Source: an uncultured Mollicutes bacterium (GTDB taxonomy: Bacteria > Bacillota_I > Bacilli_A > RFN20 > CAG-826). Taken from it: DNA of 64,000 nt. Numbering within the stretch: position 1 is the first letter of the stretch; every line of letters starts with the position of its first letter. The notes beneath the pieces are model-generated. The model saw only the letters and a program-made list of their open reading frames with translations, was not told the origin of the DNA and did no database searches. The translations under genes were made by a program, and so were the position numbers. Shown in pieces: positions 1 through 8,955 of the stretch. The stretch spans positions 251,284-315,283 of the forward strand of contig UQCQ01000001.1 of NCBI GenBank assembly GCA_900539595.1. The letters are read 5' to 3'.

Positions 1-1346
1 ATGTTAGTAACGCCCGTGATGTACATGAGAAGACGGTCAAAGCCGATACCGAAACCAGAGTGGATGCATCCGCCCCATTTACGGAGGTTCAGATACCATT
101 CAAGCCCCTTCTCGTTGCCGATGGCTTCCATCTTCTTTTTCAAAATATCATAACGTTCCTCGCGTTGGGAACCTCCGATGATTTCTCCTTCTCCAGGAAC
201 GAGGCAGTCGCACGCGGCAACCGTCTTGCCATCATCGTTCTCACGCATATAGAACGCTTTGATTTCTTTGGGATAGTTAATCAGGAACATCGGTCCTTTA
301 ACCACTTGTTCCGTTAGATAACGTTCGTGTTCGGATTGCAAATCCATGCCCCATTCGATGTTATTGTTATCGAATTTGTGGCCGTTTTTCACTGCTTCTT
401 GGAGGAGTTTAATACCCTCGGTGTATTCCATTCGGGTAAACGGAGTAGCTAAAACGTGGTTGAGTTTATCGAGCAAACCCGGCGCGATCATGGAATTGAA
501 GAAAGCCATTTCGTCGGGGCATTTCTCTAGCGCGTAACGAATAAGGTATTTAATGGATTCTTCCATCAAATCCATGTCGTCTTCGAGGTCAGCAAACGCA
601 ATTTCGGGTTCAATCATCCAGAACTCACTTGCGTGACGTGGGGTATTCGATTTCTCAGCACGGAAGGTCGGACCAAAGGTATAAACGTCGCGGAACGCCA
701 TGGCAAACGCTTCAACGTGGAGCTGTCCCGAAACAGTCAAAGAGGCACGACGACCAAAGAAGTCTGTGTCGCTGAGTTTCCCTTTTGCATCAGGAGTCAT
801 CAGGGTGAAAACTTGTCCGGCTCCCTCGGCATCATTGACAGTAATTTCAGGGGTATGAACATAAACGAATCCTTTGCTTTGGAAGAATTCATGAACGCCC
901 AAAGCCAAGACAGAACGAAGACGATAAAGAGCCGTGAAGGTGTTTGTACGCGGTCTTAAATAAGCTTCATCACGCAAATATTCAAACGAGTGTCTTTTCT
1001 TTTGGAGAGGGTAATCAGATGCGCAGTCGCCAAGCACTTCAAAAGAATTGATGTGCATTTCAAATGGTTGCTTCATTTCAGGCGTCATATGAATAACGCC
1101 GCGAACACCAAGAGTAGTCCCCGTTAGAACATGGGAAAGAACATCGGCGTTTGGAATCTCGTTGTTATAGACGAGTTGAATGTTTTTAAAGCAGGTTCCA
1201 TCGTTCAAAGAAATAAAACCAATGGACCCATTATCACGATTGGTTCTAACCCACCCTTCGATAAGAATTTCGCCAATTTTTTCTAAGTCTTCCTTGGCAG
1301 AGAAGCGAGAATACAATTCTCGAACAGTAATTGCTTTCGGTTGCAT
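1..1346 (-). CDS. asnS: Asparagine--tRNA ligase. The N-terminus is at 1346; the C-terminal end runs off the window start.
   Basis: Minus-strand translation from the ATG at 1346-1344 gives MQPKAITVRELYSRF...GQLHVEAFAMAFRDVYTFGPTFRAEKSNT, a typical class II AsnRS N-terminal OB domain and catalytic core. The plus-strand ORFs at 60-959 are antisense artefacts. Confidence 0.85.
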   Translation of the reverse strand, partial: MQPKAITVRELYSRFSAKEDLEKIGEILIEGWVRTNRDNGSIGFISLNDGTCFKNIQLVYNNEIPNADVLSHVLTGTTLGVRGVIHMTPEMKQPFEMHINSFEVLGDCASDYPLQKKRHSFEYLRDEAYLRPRTNTFTALYRLRSVLALGVHEFFQSKGFVYVHTPEITVNDAEGAGQVFTLMTPDAKGKLSDTDFFGRRASLTVSGQLHVEAFAMAFRDVYTFGPTFRAEKSNTPRHASEFWMIEPEIAFADLEDDMDLMEESIKYLIRYALEKCPDEMAFFNSMIAPGLLDKLNHVLATPFTRMEYTEGIKLLQEAVKNGHKFDNNNIEWGMDLQSEHERYLTEQVVKGPMFLINYPKEIKAFYMRENDDGKTVAACDCLVPGEGEIIGGSQREERYDILKKKMEAIGNEKGLEWYLNLRKWGGCIHSGFGIGFDRLLMYITGVTN

Positions 1347-1549
1347 ACCCTATAAGTTTATCTTGTTTTCGATAGTTGTGAACGAACTTTTAAGGCTTCT
1401 TTCCATCTAATTTTTACATTTTTGGTTTTTCTTGATTAAAGGAAGGCGGAACATATCGTTATATATTTCGGAGATGTGCATTAAATTATTTTGTGTTTAT
1501 CGTTTATTTTCTCTTGTTCACCGTTTTTGTGAACGTTATATTTATTTCG

Positions 1550-2497
1550 ATGAATAAATCTTTTTTAGAAAAGTTTAACTTACTGTATATTCCTCAAGGA
1601 ATTTCATTTCGGCACGACGACAAAAAAGAAGAGATTTCGATCACCGTTAAAGGGTTTTCCACAAATTATTTTCAGTACCAATACGCAACAAACGCCGAGC
1701 CACGTTTTTTACAAACGAGTGCAGAAAACAAACCGACGATTGTCTTTTCCAAAAAAGTAACTAAAGTAGCTGCCAAAAGAATCGCTGAAAACGGCAACTT
1801 CTACTTCGATCTTCAAGGCAATTACGAAATTAAAATCGGCGCCAAATGGATTCGTCATCGGATGCCAGATGTTGCCCCTGCCTCGAATGCACCTGTTTCT
1901 ACCTATTTTCGATGCACTAGCGAACAAGCAAGCCGTATTTTGGAAATCATCGCCCGCAGCCCCAATCTTATTTCGGCTCGAGATATTCAATCCATGGCAG
2001 GAACTAGTCTAGGTCTCGTTGGGAGAATCGCTCATTGCCTCGTGGAAAATGGGTATTTAAGCGTCTCTAGGAATGGATATTTTTCCGATAAACAGCAAAA
2101 AATACGCCTTTTAAACGATTGGAGAAGAGAATTTCAGGATACTCTTAAGGAATTGCCTTATATTAACTGTATTTCACTATTTTCCCTCGAAGAAATCATC
2201 GAGCAAATCAACGAAAAAAAGGTAAGTCTGTTAATCGGAGGTGACTACGTTTGGGACCAAGATTCCCACGCTCACAACTTGGTGTTGCTGTGTCCAACCG
2301 GAGATTTTCAGTCCATCGTCAAGGATCTGCCGATCCTAGAAAGCGAAGAAAAGGGCGATATAACGATTTTTCAATGTCCTACGTTAAATTGCTGGTCCGC
2401 TCAGCAAAACGGCGTCTGTAACGACTTATATGGTTTTTTAACGGGAACGAAAAAAGCCGAGGATTGTCTCGCTCGGCTTTTATACCCAGAAAATTAG
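1550..2497 (+). CDS. Hypothetical protein with a central winged-helix HTH (possibly AbiEi-like). An alternative GTG start lies at 1493.
   Basis: The long ORF has a region resembling a wHTH DNA-binding domain (EQASRILEIIARSPNLISARDIQSMAGTSLGLVGRIAHCLVENGYLSVSRNGYF) and no recognisable catalytic motifs. The region before 1550 is AT-rich and promoter-like, with no clear SD. Confidence 0.45.
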   Translation: MNKSFLEKFNLLYIPQGISFRHDDKKEEISITVKGFSTNYFQYQYATNAEPRFLQTSAENKPTIVFSKKVTKVAAKRIAENGNFYFDLQGNYEIKIGAKWIRHRMPDVAPASNAPVSTYFRCTSEQASRILEIIARSPNLISARDIQSMAGTSLGLVGRIAHCLVENGYLSVSRNGYFSDKQQKIRLLNDWRREFQDTLKELPYINCISLFSLEEIIEQINEKKVSLLIGGDYVWDQDSHAHNLVLLCPTGDFQSIVKDLPILESEEKGDITIFQCPTLNCWSAQQNGVCNDLYGFLTGTKKAEDCLARLLYPEN

Positions 2498-3513
2498 TTT
2501 TTAAAATCCATCCAGTGGTCGATTTTCCAGTTGGGATCCACGCCTAAGTTCAAGGGAGCGAAGACTTTCATTTCGTACAGCTTTTCGGCGACTTTCGCGA
2601 TCATCGCGGCGTTATCCGTCGTGCACCAAAGTGGTGGAATGATCAACTCAATGCCAGTGCCTGCAAGTTTTTCTTTCATTTGTGCACGTAAATACGAATT
2701 GGCAGAAACTCCACCAGCCAAAATCACTTGCTTAACATTGAAATCTTTAGCGGCCATCAACGATTTTTCTACAATCATGCCGATGGCAACATCTTGGAAT
2801 GAACGGGCCATATCATCGACACTAACAGGAGTTCCCTTCATTTTTAGGCTATTAACGAGGTTAATCACGCTTGTTTTTAAGCCCGAGTAGGAGAAATCGT
2901 ATTTTCCGTCCGGAGAAGCAGGCACCGGAAGGTGGTAAGAATGGGTACCGAGTTTTGCGTGTTGATCGATTGGCAATCCACCGGGATAGGGAAGGCCTAA
3001 CACACGAGCCACTTTGTCGTAGCATTCTCCAACCGCGTCGTCTTTGGTTTCACCTACAATAGTGAAATCCATATGGTCTTTCATAATAACCAACTCGGTA
3101 TTGCCGCCACTAACAACCACGCAAAGTAACGGGAAATGGAATTCGCCCGCATATTCGTTGGCGTAAATGTGTCCTGCCAAATGGTGAACAGGGATTAACG
3201 GCTTTTTATAAAGCATGGCCAGCGTTTTTGCCGCCTGTAAGCCAACATGCAAACAGCCAATAAGCCCAGGCCCGCGAGTAACGGCAAAGGCATCGATATC
3301 ATCTAAGGTCAATCCTGACTCATTCAAAGCCTGAGTCAAACACACCGTGATATTTTCTGTATGGAGACGGGATGCGATTTCAGGCATGACCCCTCCAAAT
3401 TTCTCATGAACGGCAATCTGGGTTGCGACAACATTGGAAAGCAATTTTCCGTTGTCCGTGATTGCCACAGCCGTCTCATCACAAGACGACTCAATTGCAA
3501 GAATCTTAGCCAT
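2494..3513 (-). CDS. tsaD: tRNA N6-adenosine threonylcarbamoyltransferase TsaD (Kae1/Gcp family).
   Basis: MAKILAIESSCDETAVAI...GVSANSYLR matches the conserved TsaD N-terminus and actin-like fold motifs. It overlaps the upstream tsaB-rimI stop by 8 nt. Confidence 0.9.
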   Translation of the reverse strand: MAKILAIESSCDETAVAITDNGKLLSNVVATQIAVHEKFGGVMPEIASRLHTENITVCLTQALNESGLTLDDIDAFAVTRGPGLIGCLHVGLQAAKTLAMLYKKPLIPVHHLAGHIYANEYAGEFHFPLLCVVVSGGNTELVIMKDHMDFTIVGETKDDAVGECYDKVARVLGLPYPGGLPIDQHAKLGTHSYHLPVPASPDGKYDFSYSGLKTSVINLVNSLKMKGTPVSVDDMARSFQDVAIGMIVEKSLMAAKDFNVKQVILAGGVSANSYLRAQMKEKLAGTGIELIIPPLWCTTDNAAMIAKVAEKLYEMKVFAPLNLGVDPNWKIDHWMDFKN

Positions 3514-4558
3514 TGATCAACGACCTCACCATATACACCGCGTCTTCCCCGTCATCGTAATAAGCATGCTTGGTTGTGACAGGTTCAAACTTATGTCTTT
3601 TATAGAATTTTTGAGCACGAACATTGGATACGCGAACTTCCAAAGTCGCATATTCCACAGGGTCGGATTTCGATTCACAATCCTTCAGCATTTGGCCGAT
3701 AAGGCGATTGCCAATTCCTTTGGATCTGAAGTTTTCTTTGACAGCAATTTGAGCAATCGTACAAGAGTTAAAAGTGATGTAGAAATCAATCATCCCAACA
3801 ACCTCGTTATCCACGACGGCGCAATAAAGATAAGCAACAGGATTTTCGTTCATTTCGAATAGAAGCGCTTCACGACCATAAGGATGTTTGAAAGCTTCCT
3901 GTTCAATGGCAAGAACCGCCTCGACATCGCTAGGCATCATTTTACGGACAACGGTCTTGAATCGACCTTCATCATAATCATCTTTCAGATAGATGGGACG
4001 AGCGCCGAGAGGCTCTTCGCAACGATATTCAGGTTTTGCAAAGTAAGCCAAGTTAGAAATAACGGGGTTTTGCAAGGATTCAAGACCTAAATAAGCCACG
4101 TCCCCACAAACGGAATAATCGGGATGTTGGTGAATGAAATCCATGACTTCTGCGTTAGTTTTAATGCAGTCTTGCACGTTTTTTTCACTATTGTATACAG
4201 CAAAATAGGACCGTTTCCCTCTCGCGTTCATCAAGCAGATGGATGGATGTCCAATTTGTTGCAAAACCTCAAGGGAACTAACTAAATAGAGAGGAATGTT
4301 AAGGGCAAAAGAAATGGTTTTTGCAATCGTTAATGCGATGCGAACACCCGTATAAGAACCCGGTCCTTTTGAGGCTACAACACCATCGATATCTTCTTTT
4401 TTAATGGCGAGTTTCGACATCAATTTGTCGATTTCATCCACCATGAATTCGCTTTGTTTTTGCCACGCTTCATAGACGATAGATCCAAGAATTTCCTCGT
4501 CTTTAGCAAACCCAACAGCAAGGTTTTTATCACTAGAATCAAGCAAGAGATTGAGCAT
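3506..4558 (-). CDS. tsaB-rimI: Fusion protein. The N-terminal half is TsaB (YeaZ-like t6A partner). The C-terminal half is a RimI-type GNAT N-acetyltransferase.
   Basis: The N-terminus MLNLLLDSSDKNLAVGF...SKGPGSYTGVRIALTIAK is TsaB-like. The C-terminal ~150 aa (MMPSDVEAVLAIEQEAF...QIAVKENFRSKGIGNRLI...YKRHKF) carry GNAT motifs. Gene order tsaE - tsaB/rimI - tsaD matches the Firmicutes ydiBCDE cluster. Confidence 0.8.
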   Translation of the reverse strand: MLNLLLDSSDKNLAVGFAKDEEILGSIVYEAWQKQSEFMVDEIDKLMSKLAIKKEDIDGVVASKGPGSYTGVRIALTIAKTISFALNIPLYLVSSLEVLQQIGHPSICLMNARGKRSYFAVYNSEKNVQDCIKTNAEVMDFIHQHPDYSVCGDVAYLGLESLQNPVISNLAYFAKPEYRCEEPLGARPIYLKDDYDEGRFKTVVRKMMPSDVEAVLAIEQEAFKHPYGREALLFEMNENPVAYLYCAVVDNEVVGMIDFYITFNSCTIAQIAVKENFRSKGIGNRLIGQMLKDCESKSDPVEYATLEVRVSNVRAQKFYKRHKFEPVTTKHAYYDDGEDAVYMVRSLING

Positions 4559-5024
4559 CGGTTTTCTCCTTTAACTCTTTCAGGAAATTGTCAAATCGTT
4601 GACAATTACTTTCTAAGGTAATTTGACGATTATCGTCGCCTTCGTTTTTGATGCAAATCGAAAGACGTTCCTCCGGCAAAAGCGGCTCAATATATATCGG
4701 CCATTCAATGAGACATGCCCCATCGCCTTCAATGTATTCATCCAAACCAATTTCAATGTTTTGCCCTTCCAAGCGATAGGCATCGATATGGTAAAGAGGA
4801 ATGCGTCCGTGGAAGTAACATTTCATGATGTTGAAAGTGGGGCTGATGACATCTTCCTTCACGCCAAGCCCTTCAGCGACTCCGCCCGTGAAGGTCGTTT
4901 TTCCTGCGCCTAAATCCCCTTCTAGCAAGAGGACATCCCCTGGTTCCAAAAGAGGGGCGATTGTCTTCCCCAAGGAACGGGTTTCCATTTTGTTTTTTGT
5001 TTTAAATATCAGTTTCATACCCAT
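4539..5024 (-). CDS. tsaE: tRNA threonylcarbamoyladenosine biosynthesis ATPase TsaE. The exact start is uncertain; M13 at 4988 is possible.
   Basis: Walker A motif GDLGAGKTTF and a YjeE-like length. An extended -10 (TGTATAAT) lies just upstream of 5024. Confidence 0.8.
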   Translation of the reverse strand: MGMKLIFKTKNKMETRSLGKTIAPLLEPGDVLLLEGDLGAGKTTFTGGVAEGLGVKEDVISPTFNIMKCYFHGRIPLYHIDAYRLEGQNIEIGLDEYIEGDGACLIEWPIYIEPLLPEERLSICIKNEGDDNRQITLESNCQRFDNFLKELKEKTDAQSLA

Positions 5025-5075
5025 AAACCGCGGTGATTATACACCCTTTGAACAACACCGAAAGAAAAGCAAGAA

Positions 5076-5642
5076 CTAGACGTGGCGTTTTGGCGTCAAA
5101 ACTGGAAGATTTTCACTCAAAAATTTCTGATATAGGCACTCGATTTCCGAATCGATGAATGGGAAATTGCGATGGTCGATCATTTCTTTAACCTGCGACA
5201 TCGATTTTTCAATAGCCATGGATAAATCCTTGGGGTAGCCGTAAGTTTGGATGTGGCGGGCGTATTCGTTCTCGTCGAGGGTACGTTCCACGCCGTCTGG
5301 ATAGAGTTTTACGTCCAAGTCGTAATCGATGTATTTCAAAAATCCATTATCGTAAAGGGTCGGAGAAGCAATATTGACGTAATAGCAAATTCCCTTGCCC
5401 TCTTTGAACATGGCAATCACATTCATCCAACGTTTTTTATAAAGAAGGAAAATCGCGTTCTCCTTCGTCATCCATTTACGCCCATCGCTTTCCGTGACAA
5501 GGCTGGCTTTAGATGCCAAAGCCCAGTATTCGTCGGTTTCTTCCACCAAATAAGCCGGCGACCATTGCCGATGCAATTTGCCGTCATGTTTGTACGCCTG
5601 GACTTTAATCCAGCGCGCGAATCTCGGATCAATTTCGTTCAT
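5076..5642 (-). CDS. DUF402-family protein (nucleoside tri/diphosphatase Ntdp/FomD-like).
   Basis: MNEIDPRFARWIKVQAYKHDGKLHRQW... resembles DUF402/Ntdp N-terminal conservation; about 188 aa. Confidence 0.55.
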   Translation of the reverse strand: MNEIDPRFARWIKVQAYKHDGKLHRQWSPAYLVEETDEYWALASKASLVTESDGRKWMTKENAIFLLYKKRWMNVIAMFKEGKGICYYVNIASPTLYDNGFLKYIDYDLDVKLYPDGVERTLDENEYARHIQTYGYPKDLSMAIEKSMSQVKEMIDHRNFPFIDSEIECLYQKFLSENLPVLTPKRHV

Positions 5643-5720
5643 AAAGTATACCTAGCCAAGGTGAATATCACCTTACTCGCTATGAATTATAACGCATAAA
5701 CCGCCTTTGTATTTGTAGAT

Positions 5721-5748
5721 AATAAAAAAGCCATCCATTAAGGATGGC
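5721..5748 (-). terminator. Rho-independent terminator downstream of the membrane-protein gene.
   Basis: Hairpin GCCATCCTTAATGGATGGC followed by TTTTTTATT on the minus strand. Confidence 0.5.
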
Positions 5749-5759
5749 GAGAGAACGGT

Positions 5760-6896
5760 TTAGTCCCGATCAATCTTGGAGATGCACTCCGCGATTTCGA
5801 GAAAGAGCTTCATTTGGGGTTTATAGGCTTCGACGTAACCAGGATTAAAGGGTTTATCGTTAGGAAGAACCATCAACGTGTCCTCGTATCCCAAGGCCAT
5901 GTAGGTTTTACCCGGTTGGATGGAGATTGCGACGTCAACCAAGAGTTTGGAAGTATGGATTTGTTTTAACAGCGATTCCAATTCTGGAGTAATGAAACGA
6001 CGATTTTCTTTCGCTCCATAGATGGCGTATTGCTTGTTTTTGGAGAGTTGGTTGAGTTCAGGAAGAACTAGAGGCGGCAATGCTCTCTTATTGCCCCGGA
6101 AATAAATGACTAACCCGCCCTCAGACAAGGGAAGAGAATTGGTGGAACGAAGATATTTGCCAACAAAAACAGTTTGGAGGGCTTTAGCGGTATCTTTTTG
6201 GGCTGCCATGTCGCACAAAGAGCATTCCACACCTTGATACGTGAAAGTGATGTTATCGCGGCTTCCAATATGCTTGGCTCCTGGATAGAGTCCGCAAGCT
6301 TCCACTTCGGACGCATCGATTTTCGCATCGATGTCTCCGTGGACATTTTCAACGGGAAGGCCATCGAAAACATAGTCGTTCACATTCGAATAATAGGAAT
6401 TGAAATAGGCGCTGATTTGGGCCCGGTTCTTTTTTCTTTGGAAGATGCCGTAAATCGCGATTCCAGCGATGCCGACCCCCGCGCAAATGGCGGCGACGAT
6501 CAAGGTCCACTTCGATTTCTCCTTTTCATCTTGGATCACGAAATAGGGAATAATGTATCCCACAACAATCGCGACCAAGGTTCCAATGGAAATGGCGATC
6601 TTGCCCGTGTTCCATTTCTTGTATTCGTGATGCCAGAGAATGCGGGCGTCTTCGATGTTCTTCAAACGGGGATCGCTATATTGATAGGTTGCCGCGTCTT
6701 TGATTTCATCTTCCGGCTGAGGTTCCGGTTCTTCTTCCGGCTCGGGTTCGGGTTCCGGTTCGGTTTTTTCTTCTACGACCGGTGCAGGTTTTTTGGCGTC
6801 GACAAATTCGTCATTGCCGTAAATATCTTCCTTTTCCAGCGGAACAGCCGTCTCGACTTTTTCTTCGGGGGTTTCTATTTTCTTTTCGTCTTCCAT
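5760..6896 (-). CDS. Hypothetical membrane protein. It has an acidic Glu/Pro-rich N-terminus, two TM helices and a C-terminal globular domain.
   Basis: The N-terminus is EPEPEPEPEEEPEPQPEDE low complexity. There are two hydrophobic helices (IAISIGTLVAIVVGYIIPYFV, LIVAAICAGVGIAGIAIYGIF). The C-terminal ~230 aa domain contains Cys (GVECSLCD). No assignable family. Confidence 0.6.
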   Translation of the reverse strand: MEDEKKIETPEEKVETAVPLEKEDIYGNDEFVDAKKPAPVVEEKTEPEPEPEPEEEPEPQPEDEIKDAATYQYSDPRLKNIEDARILWHHEYKKWNTGKIAISIGTLVAIVVGYIIPYFVIQDEKEKSKWTLIVAAICAGVGIAGIAIYGIFQRKKNRAQISAYFNSYYSNVNDYVFDGLPVENVHGDIDAKIDASEVEACGLYPGAKHIGSRDNITFTYQGVECSLCDMAAQKDTAKALQTVFVGKYLRSTNSLPLSEGGLVIYFRGNKRALPPLVLPELNQLSKNKQYAIYGAKENRRFITPELESLLKQIHTSKLLVDVAISIQPGKTYMALGYEDTLMVLPNDKPFNPGYVEAYKPQMKLFLEIAECISKIDRD

Positions 6897-7050
6897 ATTT
6901 TTTCCTCGATAACCACGGAATTATAAAACAAATGGGCCAAGCACCCTATGAAAATGCGTAAACAAAACTTTTTCTTCACACCCTATTCTCCCCAAAACGA
7001 AAAAGAAGCCTCCATAGAAGCTCCTTTTCCGGTTAAGGGGATGAATGCGA

Positions 7051-8106
7051 TTATAGGGATTTACGAGCAGGGAACGAGGCGTTGACCTTGACTAATGGGC
7101 CATAGATTGCCATCAAAACCGCCAAAGCAAGTATTCCACTCAAAGATATATAACCCACGTTGTAAATTAATGCCGCAACGAAAGTAGTGTTATAAATGAG
7201 GATTGAGGAAACGGTGCCGCCCACAAAACGAACAAAGGTCGATAAAACACCGGCAAGAAGCAAGAACGCTTCCCCTTTGAAGTTGTATCCCTTTTGGTTT
7301 TGACCAAAGATGAAGGGACGGAAGAAACCCATCACAGCTACCGAGCCGAAACCAATCAAATAGTCAAACGGATAGCAGGCAAAGCCGTAGCCGTCGGTTA
7401 AGCAGGTGAGTAAGCCAAAGAGGATACCGCCACAGATAAGCCCAGAAGCCGGCCCACGACGTAAAGCAATAATCATCAAGGGAAGCATTTGGAAATTGAC
7501 GGATCCTTGGACTTGGATAGGAAGTTTAATAAAATTCAAGCCAAAGGCCATGGCAATCAAAATACCATTTTCGGCAATTTCGCCTACGCTAATAGGCCGC
7601 CTTTGATAAGGGGTGATCGTTGACGCGCCAGCAGCCAAGACGGTAAAGAGAATCGAAAACGCACAACCCCACGAGATATCAACACTATGATAGTTTTCAA
7701 TTTCTGCACTATTGTTGGCAAAGAATTCGCGGGAAAGGAACAAGAAGCAGAAAGCCACAAGGAAGGAAAGGGCGCTGCCAATCATCAAATTTTCTTTTCC
7801 TTTTTCGCCGCGGACAAGGAATCCGGCGATAATGGGGAGAACGATGCCAACAAAAAGTAAATCAAGCGTCACCCACATCGTCCAATCAAAGGTGAAGCCG
7901 TTACGGAAATAGTCGATGAGGGTGACAGCGTATTTGGTCTCCGTATCACCCACCTCGGTCTTATAGGTCACAACAGGGCCTAGCAAGAACAAAATAGCAA
8001 TAATGCCAAAGGCGGAAGCAAAAACAAACGACCATTGAGAGAAGAAATGTTGGACCTTCTCACGAATGGGGTTTTCTTCCGTCGAATTGACGACATTGGA
8101 ATCCAT
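7051..8106 (-). CDS. thiT: Energy-coupled thiamine transporter S-component ThiT (C-terminal half) with an additional ~160 aa N-terminal polytopic domain.
   Basis: The C-terminal region LPLMIIALRRGPASGLICGGILFGLLTCLTDGYGF...MGFFRP matches the ThiT signature (LRRG..GL..G). A TPP riboswitch lies immediately upstream. The start is chosen at MDSNVV, 7 nt after AGGAGG. Confidence 0.7.
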   Translation of the reverse strand: MDSNVVNSTEENPIREKVQHFFSQWSFVFASAFGIIAILFLLGPVVTYKTEVGDTETKYAVTLIDYFRNGFTFDWTMWVTLDLLFVGIVLPIIAGFLVRGEKGKENLMIGSALSFLVAFCFLFLSREFFANNSAEIENYHSVDISWGCAFSILFTVLAAGASTITPYQRRPISVGEIAENGILIAMAFGLNFIKLPIQVQGSVNFQMLPLMIIALRRGPASGLICGGILFGLLTCLTDGYGFACYPFDYLIGFGSVAVMGFFRPFIFGQNQKGYNFKGEAFLLLAGVLSTFVRFVGGTVSSILIYNTTFVAALIYNVGYISLSGILALAVLMAIYGPLVKVNASFPARKSL

Positions 8107-8147
8107 TAAAAAATCCTCCTGGATACACAAACCGCACCCAAAGAGGC

Positions 8148-8262
8148 CTAACGCTAGTTCCTTCCTACGCCAGCATTACCTGGATCAGGTGCGCCGTCGA
8201 ACCGGATCACGGTTCCTCTCAGCCGACTAATACTGGCCAGCTCCGGATAAGCAAAGTCTAGT
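8148..8262 (-). promoter_or_regulatory. TPP (THI-box) riboswitch.
   Basis: The minus-strand sequence carries the THI-box core ...GGCTGAGAGGAACCGTGATCCGGTTCGACGGCGCACCTGATCCAGGTAATGCTGGCGTAGGAAGG.... This includes CUGAGA, a P3 stem-loop and ACCUGAUCYRGNUAAUGCYRGCGUAGGRA. An AGGAGG RBS follows, for thiT. Confidence 0.8.
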
Positions 8263-8928
8263 CTATTCAATTTTCCAGTCAATAGGGGAAACGCCTCCCT
8301 TTTCCAAAATGGCGTTGCATTCGGAGAAGAGATGACGGTTGAACCATCCGCCCCGATTCGCCGATAACGGAGAAGGGTGAACCGCGGTCAGATAAGCGTG
8401 CTTAGGGTTATGGATAAATGGGATGTATCTTTTGGCAAATGAACCCCACAGCATAAAGACAATAGGCTGGTCTAATTCATCCAAATACACCATGACGTCC
8501 TTGATGAATTTCTCATATTCGACTCGATTATGGCTTAATGGTTGACCGGCGCGAACCGTTAAATAGGCATTCAAAAGGAGCACTCCCTGTCTTGCCCAAG
8601 GAGTTAAATCTCCATTATTTCGATTCATCTTGATACCCAAATCGTTCTCGATTTCTTTGTAGATGTTGACCAAAGAAGGTGGGGGCTCGATGCCTTTAGG
8701 CACCGAAAAGGAAAGCCCCATGGCTTGGCCAGGGTTATGGTAAGGGTCTTGGCCAATGATCACGACTTTCAAATCCTTGGGGGAGGTTAAACGGAACGCT
8801 TGAAACACCAAATCCCGAGGAGGGTAAATCGTATGAGACGCGTATTCGTCCTCCAAAAACGCGTGCAGGGACGCGGAGTAAGGTTCTTCTTTTACTCGTT
8901 CAAATAAATCTTTCCATTCATTCATCAT
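8263..8928 (-). CDS. ung: Uracil-DNA glycosylase.
   Basis: MMNEWKDLFERVKEEPYSASLHAFLEDEYASHTIYPPRDLVFQAFRLT...GQDPYHNPGQAMGLSFSV...HPSPLSA shows the UNG family motifs. The upstream part of the 293-aa ORF overlaps the divergent GT4 gene and is rejected. Confidence 0.85.
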   Translation of the reverse strand: MMNEWKDLFERVKEEPYSASLHAFLEDEYASHTIYPPRDLVFQAFRLTSPKDLKVVIIGQDPYHNPGQAMGLSFSVPKGIEPPPSLVNIYKEIENDLGIKMNRNNGDLTPWARQGVLLLNAYLTVRAGQPLSHNRVEYEKFIKDVMVYLDELDQPIVFMLWGSFAKRYIPFIHNPKHAYLTAVHPSPLSANRGGWFNRHLFSECNAILEKGGVSPIDWKIE

Positions 8929-8955
8929 CGAAAGGATTATAAAGGCTTTCTCTGT

